DNA from: Candidatus Firestoneibacteriota bacterium
GTDB lineage: Bacteria > Oederibacteriota > D2-FULL-39-29
Reading direction: 5' to 3'
DNA: 50,974 bases
NCBI GenBank assembly: GCA_043804965.1
Contig: JAZDIO010000219.1
Span: 1 to 50,974 of the forward strand
In this document: positions 19,150-27,475 of the stretch, in pieces
Layout: every line of letters begins with the position of its first letter
Position numbering within the stretch: the first letter of the stretch is position 1
The notes under the pieces: model-generated
Told to the model about the DNA's origin: nothing
Seen by the model: only the letters and a program-made list of their open reading frames with translations
Database searches by the model: none
Made by a program: the position numbers and the translations under genes

Positions 19150-19995
19150 GTGATAAAAATGCGGAGTCTTAGAAAGCGCAGTCTTTCGTCAGGATGGTAT
19201 CCTGCCAGTAAAGCGGAAACGATTAAAAAGATTGAAAGCTTTTCAAAAGAAAAAATTAAATTTAATGCTGTAAAGGGTGGAAAGTATGGGGGGGTTATTC
19301 CTCATGCCGGCTGGTATTATAGCGGGGGCCTTGCGGCGGCGGTTATGCATTCTTTGGTAAGGACAGAGCCTGAACTGGTGCTTCTCTTTGGCGGGCATCT
19401 TTCTTCAGAGGAAACACCTGTTATTACTATTGCCGGAGAATGGGAAACTCCGCTTGGCAGTATGAAAATGGAAACTGAAATCTCGGCCAAAATAATGGAA
19501 AAATTCAGTCTCAAGGATGATATTTATCCTGATAATACCCTTGAAATTCAGCTGCCCTTGATAAAATATTATTTCCCGGCTGCAAAACTTTTAGCTCTCA
19601 GGTTGCCGGCCTCGATGGAAGCTGCAAAACTGTCTGAAAATATTATTAACATAATACAAAATACTTATAAGAAATATATTGTTTTGGCCAGTACGGATCT
19701 TACTCATTATGGAGATAACTACAATTTTATTCCGGCAGGAAGGGGTAAAAAAACGCTGGACTGGGTAAGAAGCAATGATAAAGGGTTTATAGACCTTGCG
19801 CTTAAACTTAAGACAGAAGAACTGCTGGAATATGCTGAAAAAAATCAGAGTGCCTGCTCCTCCGGTGCCGTAGCGGGTTTAACTTCTGCTGCCGGGATAC
19901 TTGGAGCTAAAAAAGGGGAATTGTTAGGCTATAAAACAAGTTATGAAACGACTCCCTCGGATTCATTTGTTGGATATGCAGGGATAGTTTTTTAA
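19150..19995 (+). CDS. Memo-like protein (AmmeMemoRadiSam system protein B family)
   Basis: IPHAGWYYSG motif, STDLTHYG, C-terminal CSSGAV...GYAGIVF. AGGAG lies 11 nt before GTG 19150. Confidence 0.7.
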   Translation: MIKMRSLRKRSLSSGWYPASKAETIKKIESFSKEKIKFNAVKGGKYGGVIPHAGWYYSGGLAAAVMHSLVRTEPELVLLFGGHLSSEETPVITIAGEWETPLGSMKMETEISAKIMEKFSLKDDIYPDNTLEIQLPLIKYYFPAAKLLALRLPASMEAAKLSENIINIIQNTYKKYIVLASTDLTHYGDNYNFIPAGRGKKTLDWVRSNDKGFIDLALKLKTEELLEYAEKNQSACSSGAVAGLTSAAGILGAKKGELLGYKTSYETTPSDSFVGYAGIVF

Positions 19996-20017
19996 AGTAA
20001 AAACAATTGAATAGAAA

Positions 20018-21196
20018 CTACTTCTTGGGCCCCGCTTTTTTACCAACAGGTTTACTTCTTTTAAGGATTTTTAGTCGATAGAGGAGATTCTTAAAAATCT
20101 TTTTATAATTTATTTTTTTGTCCTTGGAGGGCTCAAGGTCGGCTAAAATAGAGTTGGTGAATTCTGTCGGAGCGTTTGAGTAAGCTCTTGCAACATCAAA
20201 GCTGATAGCGCCTTTTTTGAATAAGGCTTTTAAAGATTGATTTAAACTCTGCATGCCCTGATCTCTTCCTGTGAATATTGCAGTAGAAATCTGGCGTGCT
20301 TCATCGTTTATAATAAGATTTTTGATGGCAGAAGTTGATATCAATATTTCAACTGCCGGAATTCTCCCTTTTTTATATCCCATGGGCACAAGCTGTTGAG
20401 AAATAACGGAGTTAATCGCTCCTGCGAGTTGTGTTCTCACCTGTGCCTGCTGTATGGGGGGAAAAACATCAATTATCCTGTGTACTGTTTGAGCCGCGTC
20501 GATTGTGTGTAATGTTCCGAAAACAAGATGCCCTGTTTCCGCGGCGGTTATCGCCGTGGAAATTGTCTCCAGATCTCTAAGCTCTCCAATCATTATCACG
20601 TCAGGAGTCTGTCTGACTACCGAAGTAAGTGCGGCAGAAAAAGATTCTGTGTCTACATGGATCTCTCTTTGTTCGACAATACTTTGTTTGTTTTCATGGT
20701 GAAATTCTATAGGGTCTTCTATTGTTATGATATGGCATTTTCTCTTACTGTTAATCAAATCTATCATTGCGGCCAGGGTTGTGCTTTTGCCGCTGCCTGC
20801 GGGACCTGTAATTAATATCAGTCCTCTGTGTGTAAAAGCAAGTTTTTCAATTATAGGAGGAAGGTTAAGTTCGGAAAATTTTGGTAAAAAAATTGGAATA
20901 GGCCGGACTGAAGCCGCAAGCGTGCCTTTTTGAAGGTATGCATTAACTCTGAATCTGCTCAATCCGGTTATAGAATAGGAAAAATCCAATTCTTTTCTTC
21001 TTAGAAGAATAGATTTTTGTTTTTCTGTAAGAAGGGATTCAATAATACTTCTGCACTCTTCAGGTGAGAGTTTTTTGTTGTTCATTTGTACTACTTCACC
21101 GTCAACCCTCAGACTGATTGGAGTATTGGCAGAGAGGATAATGTCAGACGCTCTTTCATTTAACGCAATCTCGCATAGTTCTCTGAAATTCAGCAC
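20018..21196 (-). CDS. pilT: Type IV pilus retraction ATPase PilT family (paralogue 1) with a Lys-rich C-terminal tail
   Basis: Walker A GPAGSGKST, Asp box ITIEDPIEF, Walker B VIMIGELRD, His box GHLVFGTLHT. Start revised to GTG 21196 (AGAGG SD) because a consensus promoter lies inside the ORF-track extension. Confidence 0.85.
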   Translation of the reverse strand: MLNFRELCEIALNERASDIILSANTPISLRVDGEVVQMNNKKLSPEECRSIIESLLTEKQKSILLRRKELDFSYSITGLSRFRVNAYLQKGTLAASVRPIPIFLPKFSELNLPPIIEKLAFTHRGLILITGPAGSGKSTTLAAMIDLINSKRKCHIITIEDPIEFHHENKQSIVEQREIHVDTESFSAALTSVVRQTPDVIMIGELRDLETISTAITAAETGHLVFGTLHTIDAAQTVHRIIDVFPPIQQAQVRTQLAGAINSVISQQLVPMGYKKGRIPAVEILISTSAIKNLIINDEARQISTAIFTGRDQGMQSLNQSLKALFKKGAISFDVARAYSNAPTEFTNSILADLEPSKDKKINYKKIFKNLLYRLKILKRSKPVGKKAGPKK

Positions 21197-21239
21197 GATA
21201 CCTCTTTTATTAAGAATTTTACCAACACTACTTAAAAGC

Positions 21240-21268
21240 ATTATAAAATATTGTGCAATATAAGTCAA
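21240..21268 (-). promoter_or_regulatory. Sigma70-type promoter for pilT-1
   Basis: On the - strand: TTGACT (21268-21263), a 17-nt spacer, then TATAAT (21245-21240). Confidence 0.6.
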
Positions 21269-21448
21269 TAGCTGGTTTCGTAAAGTTATTAATAATGTTA
21301 TTTATTGCGAAGATGGTTTTGAAAACTCCTGCCGGTAAGCCCGTGGTGTTTTACATTGTTGTTTAAATTACATTAAAGTTATGCCTAGGGCTGAACAGTT
21401 TCACAAAATCCTTTAAAACCCTTTTGAAATATGATAAAATACTTCTGT

Positions 21449-21524
21449 GCTGATGTAGCTCAGTTGGTAGAGCAATTGATTCGTAATCAGTAGGTCGCCG
21501 GTTCGATCCCGGCCATCAGCTCCA
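21449..21524 (+). tRNA. tRNA-Thr (anticodon CGU), CCA encoded
   Basis: Cloverleaf read by eye. Acceptor GCTGATG/CATCAGC, D arm GCTC-AGTTGGTA-GAGC, anticodon arm ATTGA-TTCGTAA-TCAGT, T arm GCCGG-TTCGATC-CCGGC, then discriminator T and CCA. TGATAAAAT extended -10 at 21432-21440. Confidence 0.9.
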
Positions 21525-21617
21525 TTAAAAAGATTCCGTTTATATGAAACCGGAAAGCTTTGGCGGTCAAACAAGAGATTCTGAATAAAAAGTATCAGAT
21601 TCTGGGATGACAAAAAA

Positions 21618-23093
21618 ATGTATAAATTAAAAGCGTATTGCATAGCCATACTATTTTTGGCGCCGCTTTTTGGCGATACTTACCCTATTTTTCAGTATTT
21701 TAATGTCCTTATTAATAATTCAAAAGTCGGTTATTCTTCTGTTATCATAGAAAAATCAAAATATAACGATGTAGACTGCTTAAAAGAAACTGAGTATATG
21801 TTGTTTGAAATTAACCGTTTTGAGAGTAAGATAAAAATGGAGACAAGGGCGGAGCTGTTTTATACTGAAAAATTGGCGCCTTTGGGATTTAAGGCTGTTG
21901 AAACTATGTCGGGGCAAGAAAAAGTGATTGAAGGCTCAATATTGAATAATAAATTGTTTCTGACTGTAAAGTTGGCGGGAGCAGTGGAGAGGAAAGAACT
22001 TGTTTTCCCTGCTGACACTATTTTTGACGATATGGTTGATGATAAATTGCGGCTTTCTCCGCTGGTTGGGGGAAGCAGCCTGAAGATTAAAATATTTGAC
22101 AAGAGTAATTTAAAGTTTACGGATGTAAAAGTCAAGGTACTGGGGGCTGTTAAAGAAGAAATTAACGGGAAAGAAGTCGCGGGTTTTTCCGTGGAAGCAG
22201 AGATGTACGGGGTTAGTTCCTTTCATGTTGTTGACGAAAACGGTTTATCTTTGAAATCAAGTTTTCCTCAGATGGGCATGGTCTCTGTAAAGACTACAGA
22301 AGAGGATGCGAAAAAGGCGTTTTCCACAGGAGTGGATATTCTGGCTGATTTTACCATAAAATCAAATAAATCAATAACTGACCCAAAAATGGTTAAAGAA
22401 ATGAACTGCAGTATTATTTTTACCGACGGTCTTCCTGCCGCCTTTACGGAGGAGAGCATAAAAAACACTTCAATACGCATACTGAAAGACAATATGGCAA
22501 TCTGTACTTTAAGAAGAGAAGTGTTTGATGAAACAAAAGCAGTTTTACTGCCGATAAAAGAAAAATCCGCAAGAAAATACCTTAAAGCAACTCCATATGA
22601 GCAATCTGAGGATCCTTTAATAAAAAATACTGCGGCCGGAATAATCGGACAGGAAAAGAATTCATATAAAGCAGCCGGTTTGATTATACATTGGGTAAAC
22701 AAGGTTTTGAAGAAAAAAGCTGATTATAATGTGGCCTTTGATACCGCTAAAGAAACAATTATCAAAAAAGAAGGAGACTGTACTGAACATTCAGTGCTGG
22801 CGAGCGCGCTTTGTAAAGCGGCGGGCATTCCTACAAAAATCTGTGGCGGCATAGTACCGGTATATAACGTATTTTTATATCATATGTGGCTGGAAATTTA
22901 TACGGGGAACGACAAATGGGTGCCTATGGATCCTACATTTGACGAGGTGATATTGGATGCTTCTCATATTAAGATATCCGAGGGTGTTCTTGACGATGAA
23001 GGAAAATTCAAACTTATGCTGGATATATTAAGCTATTTCAAGAAAGTAGAAGTACAGGTATTTAAACTCGAATACATGCAGGGGGAGCGATGA
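21618..23093 (+). CDS. Secreted transglutaminase-like cysteine protease-fold protein
   Basis: Signal peptide. Transglutaminase core GDCTEHSVLASALCKAAGIP ... HMWLEIY ... WVPMDPT (Cys-His-Asp). Confidence 0.7.
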   Translation: MYKLKAYCIAILFLAPLFGDTYPIFQYFNVLINNSKVGYSSVIIEKSKYNDVDCLKETEYMLFEINRFESKIKMETRAELFYTEKLAPLGFKAVETMSGQEKVIEGSILNNKLFLTVKLAGAVERKELVFPADTIFDDMVDDKLRLSPLVGGSSLKIKIFDKSNLKFTDVKVKVLGAVKEEINGKEVAGFSVEAEMYGVSSFHVVDENGLSLKSSFPQMGMVSVKTTEEDAKKAFSTGVDILADFTIKSNKSITDPKMVKEMNCSIIFTDGLPAAFTEESIKNTSIRILKDNMAICTLRREVFDETKAVLLPIKEKSARKYLKATPYEQSEDPLIKNTAAGIIGQEKNSYKAAGLIIHWVNKVLKKKADYNVAFDTAKETIIKKEGDCTEHSVLASALCKAAGIPTKICGGIVPVYNVFLYHMWLEIYTGNDKWVPMDPTFDEVILDASHIKISEGVLDDEGKFKLMLDILSYFKKVEVQVFKLEYMQGER

Positions 23094-24541
23094 GTAAGTA
23101 CGAAACAGTAATAGGATTGGAAGTACATGTACAGCTAAAAACTGCTACAAAACTTTTCTGCGGCTGTTCCACAAAATTTGGGGCGGAAGCAAATACGCAA
23201 ACCTGTCCGGTATGTGAAGGCCTTCCTGGTGTTTTACCGGTGTTGAATAAAAAAGCCGTGGAATTTGCGATAAGAACGGGGCTGGCCTTGAATTTTAAAA
23301 TTAACGAATATGCAAAATTTGACAGAAAAAATTATTTTTATCCGGATCTTCCGAAAGGGTATCAGGTTTCCCAGAAAGACCAGCCTTTCTGTGAACAGGG
23401 AAAACTTGAGATAAGCGTTAACGGCGTGAAAAAAGTAATAGGGATAACAAGGGCGCACCTTGAAGAAGACGCAGGCAAGCTCATTCATGCCGGTGCATCC
23501 GGGCAGATTGGAGATGCTGAAATAAGCCTGGTGGATTTAAACAGGACCTGTGTTCCCTTGCTTGAAATAGTTTCAGAACCGGATATAAGATCCCCTGAAG
23601 AAGCTTATGAATACCTTAGTACTTTAAAAAGTATCCTTCAGTATATCGGGGTTTCCGACTGTGATATGGAAAAGGGGTCTTTAAGGTGTGACGCAAATAT
23701 TTCCCTCCGCCCGTTCGGACAAAAAGAGTTTAACCCTAAAGTTGAGATAAAAAATCTAAATTCGTTCAAGAATGTTAAGGATGCTCTGGAATATGAAACG
23801 GCGAGGCAGACGGAGTGCCTTGATGCGGGTGAAAAGACATTTCAGGAGACCCGCCTTTTCTCTGCAGCGAAGGGAACCACCACCCCGATGCGCTCAAAAG
23901 AAGAGAGTAACGATTATAGATATTTCCCCGAGCCGGATCTTGTCTTGAATCATATTACAGAGGAGAGGATAGAAGAAATCAGGAAAACCCTGGTGGAGCT
24001 TCCGGATGCAAGGCGTGCGAGATTTATAACTGCTTACGGGCTGCCTGAATATGATGCGGGAGTTCTCACTGCTTCAAAAGCAGTTGCAGATTACTTTGAA
24101 GTCTGTACAAAGTTGAATAAAAATTACAAGGCAATCAGTAACTTTGTTATGGGTGACCTTATGGGGTTTTTGAAAGCTGCCGGGCTTGATGTTGCCGAGT
24201 CGCCCGTAAAACCGGAAAATTTGGTTAAACTGGTAAAACTTATTGATGATAATGTTATTTCGAGCAAAATGGCAAAAGGTGTGTTTGAAGATATGTTTAA
24301 AGAAGGCGCTGATCCTGAAGCAGTGGTGAAACAAAAAGGGCTTGTGCAAATCACGGATGAAGGTTCTATAGGCAGTATCGTTGATAAGGTGCTTTTGAAT
24401 AATCCTGCTATAGTTTCGGAATATAAGAGCGGAAAGGATAAGGTAATAGGTAATCTTGTCGGGAAAGTTATGAAAGAATCTGCCGGCAAAGCTAATCCGG
24501 GATTGGTAAATAAAATATTAAAAGAAAAGCTGAGAAAGTGA
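23090..24541 (+). CDS. gatB: Asp-tRNA(Asn)/Glu-tRNA(Gln) amidotransferase subunit B
   Basis: N-terminus YETVIGLEVHVQL, KLFCGC...CPVCEGLPG, C-terminal GatB/YqeY domain. Confidence 0.9.
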   Translation: MSKYETVIGLEVHVQLKTATKLFCGCSTKFGAEANTQTCPVCEGLPGVLPVLNKKAVEFAIRTGLALNFKINEYAKFDRKNYFYPDLPKGYQVSQKDQPFCEQGKLEISVNGVKKVIGITRAHLEEDAGKLIHAGASGQIGDAEISLVDLNRTCVPLLEIVSEPDIRSPEEAYEYLSTLKSILQYIGVSDCDMEKGSLRCDANISLRPFGQKEFNPKVEIKNLNSFKNVKDALEYETARQTECLDAGEKTFQETRLFSAAKGTTTPMRSKEESNDYRYFPEPDLVLNHITEERIEEIRKTLVELPDARRARFITAYGLPEYDAGVLTASKAVADYFEVCTKLNKNYKAISNFVMGDLMGFLKAAGLDVAESPVKPENLVKLVKLIDDNVISSKMAKGVFEDMFKEGADPEAVVKQKGLVQITDEGSIGSIVDKVLLNNPAIVSEYKSGKDKVIGNLVGKVMKESAGKANPGLVNKILKEKLRK

Positions 24542-24545
24542 AATA

Positions 24546-24657
24546 CCGTTACGAACGTTTCACGTTTGCGCGTTACGCATGTTTTATGTTAAGGAGTTTT
24601 TATTAATGCCACAATAATGTAAAACGTTAGTAACGTTCGCTTGTGTAACGTGTAACG
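24546..24657 (+). promoter_or_regulatory. Structured leader upstream of rlmD, with inverted CGTTAC/GTAACG repeats around an SD plus a 3-codon mini-ORF
   Basis: CGTTACGAACGTT (24546-24558) is complementary in 12 of 13 positions to AACGTTAGTAACG (24623-24635). Extra CGTTAC (24570-24575) and GTAACG (24645-24650, 24652-24657) copies are present. AAGGAG is followed by ATG CCA CAA TAA (24606-24617). Confidence 0.4.
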
Positions 24658-24676
24658 ATATTTTTATGGAGGTATT

Positions 24677-26002
24677 TTGAATCAACCTGTTAAAGTCGGA
24701 GATAAGATAACGCTGAGGATCGACAGTGTTGCAAATAGCGCGGACTCTGTAGGTAAATATGAGAACTTTATAGTCTTTGTTCCGTTTTCCGTTCCGGGGG
24801 ACGAGGTGGAAGTCTTAATTACGGAAGTAAGAAAAAATTTTTCCCGCGGAAAATTGATTCAAGTAATAAAACCCTCGCCGTTCAGGGTAAAACCTGAATG
24901 TCCTGTTTTCGGGGAATGCGGCGGTTGTCATTGGCAGGAGATTGATTACAAAAAACAACTTGAATATAAAAAGCAAATTGTCGTCAATGCTTTTAAAAAA
25001 TTTCAGGATGTGAAAATCAATGATGTCCTACCTGCGAAAGAACCGTTTTTCTATCGTAATAAAACACAGTTTCCCGCGGATACCGTACAGAAAAAACTCG
25101 GTCTCTTTTCTCTTCGCAGTCATTTTGTAGTTGATGTAGAGTATTGCCCTCTTGTTAGTAAAGATATTAATGCGATTTATGCCGAGATCAGGAATTACCT
25201 CAAAAAAACCGGTTTTGATATCCCGACGCTTCGCCATGTGATAATCCGAGCTTCCGAGACTACCCGTGAAGCGGTTGTAACTTTTGTTTTAAAAAATGAG
25301 GATTTTATAAGGATTCACATGCTTTCGGAGCACCTGTTAAAAAAATTCCCTGAGCTGGCAGTATTGTATAATATAAACAGGGAAGATACCAACGTAATAA
25401 TGGGAGATAAGCATTTTACTTACTCCAAAGACGGACGTATTTCCGAAAAACTTGACAAGATTGATTATCGATTTGCCTCAATTTCTTTCTTCCAGACAAA
25501 TACTTTGCAGGCTAAAGTTATCTTCAAAAAAATAAAAGAATGGTGCAAGGATTCTGCTGAAAAAACCGCTTTAGACCTCTTTTGCGGAGTCGGCGCTATT
25601 TCTCTTTATATGGCAGAGGAATTTAAAGAAGTTGTAGGCGTAGAAGAGATGGGTCAGGCTGTTCTGGATGCGGCAGCGAATGCGGAAAAAAATAATATAG
25701 AGAATTGTGAGTTCCTAAACGGTAAATCGGAAAGGGTTTTGGTAAAATTAATGAAACAAGGCTTTAAGCCGAATACAATTTTATTGGATCCGCCAAGAAA
25801 AGGTTGCGAGCAGGAGTTGCTCCACCTGATCCCAAAGACCGGCGCGGATACGGTTATTTATCTTTCTTGTGATGTAATGACGTTAGCCCGGGATTTAGAA
25901 GTGCTTACAAAACACGGGTTCAAGATAGAAGAGGTTATACCCGTCGATATGTTCCCGATGACGTATCATATTGAGACGCTGGTAAAACTGAAGAAAAAAT
26001 GA
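24677..26002 (+). CDS. rlmD: 23S rRNA (uracil-5-)-methyltransferase RlmD/RumA family
   Basis: N-terminal TRAM domain, Fe-S cysteines CPVFGECGGCHWQ, SAM motif DLFCGVG, C-terminal DPPRKG and CD...L. TTG start behind GGAGG. Confidence 0.8.
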   Translation: MNQPVKVGDKITLRIDSVANSADSVGKYENFIVFVPFSVPGDEVEVLITEVRKNFSRGKLIQVIKPSPFRVKPECPVFGECGGCHWQEIDYKKQLEYKKQIVVNAFKKFQDVKINDVLPAKEPFFYRNKTQFPADTVQKKLGLFSLRSHFVVDVEYCPLVSKDINAIYAEIRNYLKKTGFDIPTLRHVIIRASETTREAVVTFVLKNEDFIRIHMLSEHLLKKFPELAVLYNINREDTNVIMGDKHFTYSKDGRISEKLDKIDYRFASISFFQTNTLQAKVIFKKIKEWCKDSAEKTALDLFCGVGAISLYMAEEFKEVVGVEEMGQAVLDAAANAEKNNIENCEFLNGKSERVLVKLMKQGFKPNTILLDPPRKGCEQELLHLIPKTGADTVIYLSCDVMTLARDLEVLTKHGFKIEEVIPVDMFPMTYHIETLVKLKKK

Positions 26003-26179
26003 AACTCTGCTGTGAAACATTTGGTCTTATGGACGTTATCTCGGTTTGCCAACGGATGTTGGCAAGTATATATTGTACATATCGAGAAAAGCTTTGCTTA
26101 TAGACTTTTAGACGGTTTATATCAGCGTAATCTAAAAGCCTTGCAATCAGTGGGGTTTTTTTAGTAAAGGAGTTCTATT

Positions 26180-26947
26180 ATGTTGAAGACAGCTATTTTG
26201 GCTGCGGAAAAGGCGGCTTATATACAGAAAGAGAATTATAGAAATTTAAAAAAGGTAATGTATAAGGGGGCGAAGAACAATCTGGTGACAAAAGTTGATT
26301 TGGAGAGTGAGAGGGTTATAATTTCAACCATAAACAGGGCGTATTCTTCTCACGGGTTTATAGCTGAGGAAAAAGGCACGCGAAATCAGAATAGTGAATA
26401 TTGCTGGGTGATAGATCCTTTGGATGGTACAGTAAATTATGCTCACGGTTTTCCGATGTTTTGTGTTTCAATAGCTCTCCAGAAAAACAAAGAGACCGTG
26501 CTTGGGGTTGTATATGCGGCTGTATTTAACAAACTATTTACGGCAGAAAAAGATAAAGGAGCCCGCTTAAACGGCAGAGAGATGAAAGTTTCACAAACTC
26601 CTGAACTTGAAACTGCGCTTCTTGCAACCGGCTTTCCTTATTCTGTTCAAAAAGCACCGGGATGTAATTTTAAACATTTTGAGAGTTTTTGCAGAAAGGC
26701 GCAAGCCGTAAGACGGTCTGGTTCGGCGGCTCTTGACCTTTGCTATGTCGGCTGCGGTGTTTTTGACGGGTTTTTTGAGCAAAATTTACAGCCCTGGGAT
26801 ACGGCAGCCGCAGTACTTTTTATTGAGGAAGCCGGCGGGAAAGTTACCGACTACAAAGGAGTAACTTTTAATATTTTCAAAAACAGAATAACAGCAAGCA
26901 ACGGCAAAATTCATGGAGAAATGCTTAAGATTTTAAAACCGAAGTAA
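26180..26947 (+). CDS. suhB: Inositol monophosphatase family protein
   Basis: FIAEE, WVIDPLDGTVNY and WDTAA motifs. Confidence 0.85.
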   Translation: MLKTAILAAEKAAYIQKENYRNLKKVMYKGAKNNLVTKVDLESERVIISTINRAYSSHGFIAEEKGTRNQNSEYCWVIDPLDGTVNYAHGFPMFCVSIALQKNKETVLGVVYAAVFNKLFTAEKDKGARLNGREMKVSQTPELETALLATGFPYSVQKAPGCNFKHFESFCRKAQAVRRSGSAALDLCYVGCGVFDGFFEQNLQPWDTAAAVLFIEEAGGKVTDYKGVTFNIFKNRITASNGKIHGEMLKILKPK

Positions 26948-26974
26948 AAATATTCCACAGTTTGGCGAGGCGGG

Positions 26975-27475
26975 ATGACTGAAGGCGAACTTCAAATAGA
27001 GCAGAGGAAAGCGCCCAGATGGAAATGTTCCATCAATGTTAAGTTTAAAATAGTAAAAGAGGAAAAACTCGGTGTTTTAAAGGATATTTTTATTAGATAC
27101 AAAGAAGGAGAAAGCAGGGATATCAGCGCCGGAGGGACTCAGCTTGTTTCAAAAGAGCCTTTAAAAGTTGGGGATAAGCTTACTATGAGTATTTACCTGC
27201 CTGCAACGGATAATACGGTGAAAGCGCTGGGCGAGGTGGTAAGAGTTATAGAAAAAGAGGAAGATGGGGTAAAAAAGTACTTTATTGGGATACAATATGT
27301 TGATATAATAACGGAAAGCGATGATATACTTGAAGAAATAATGGATCAAAAATTACGGACAGGAACGGCAGGAACCAAGATGTCGAAAGAAGAAGCTCTA
27401 AAGCTTGCCAGATATGAGTATTTTATCCGTCTGATAAATGAAGAATCATTCAATTTTAGGAGAAATAAAGATTGA
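26975..27475 (+). CDS. PilZ domain protein (predicted c-di-GMP receptor)
   Basis: RKAPR (RxxxR) followed by DISAGG (D/NxSxxG). Confidence 0.75.
   Translation: MTEGELQIEQRKAPRWKCSINVKFKIVKEEKLGVLKDIFIRYKEGESRDISAGGTQLVSKEPLKVGDKLTMSIYLPATDNTVKALGEVVRVIEKEEDGVKKYFIGIQYVDIITESDDILEEIMDQKLRTGTAGTKMSKEEALKLARYEYFIRLINEESFNFRRNKD

Noticed and set aside
21449-21617. tRNA-Thr as an integration site for a genomic island
   Set aside because: No integrase is present. No direct repeat of the tRNA 3' end was seen downstream, and the flanking genes (gatB, rlmD and others) are housekeeping genes.
26047-26066. Hairpin TTGCCAAC-GGAT-GTTGGCAA downstream of rlmD as a terminator
   Set aside because: It is not followed by a T-run. 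It may be a processing or stability hairpin, but it cannot be called an intrinsic terminator.
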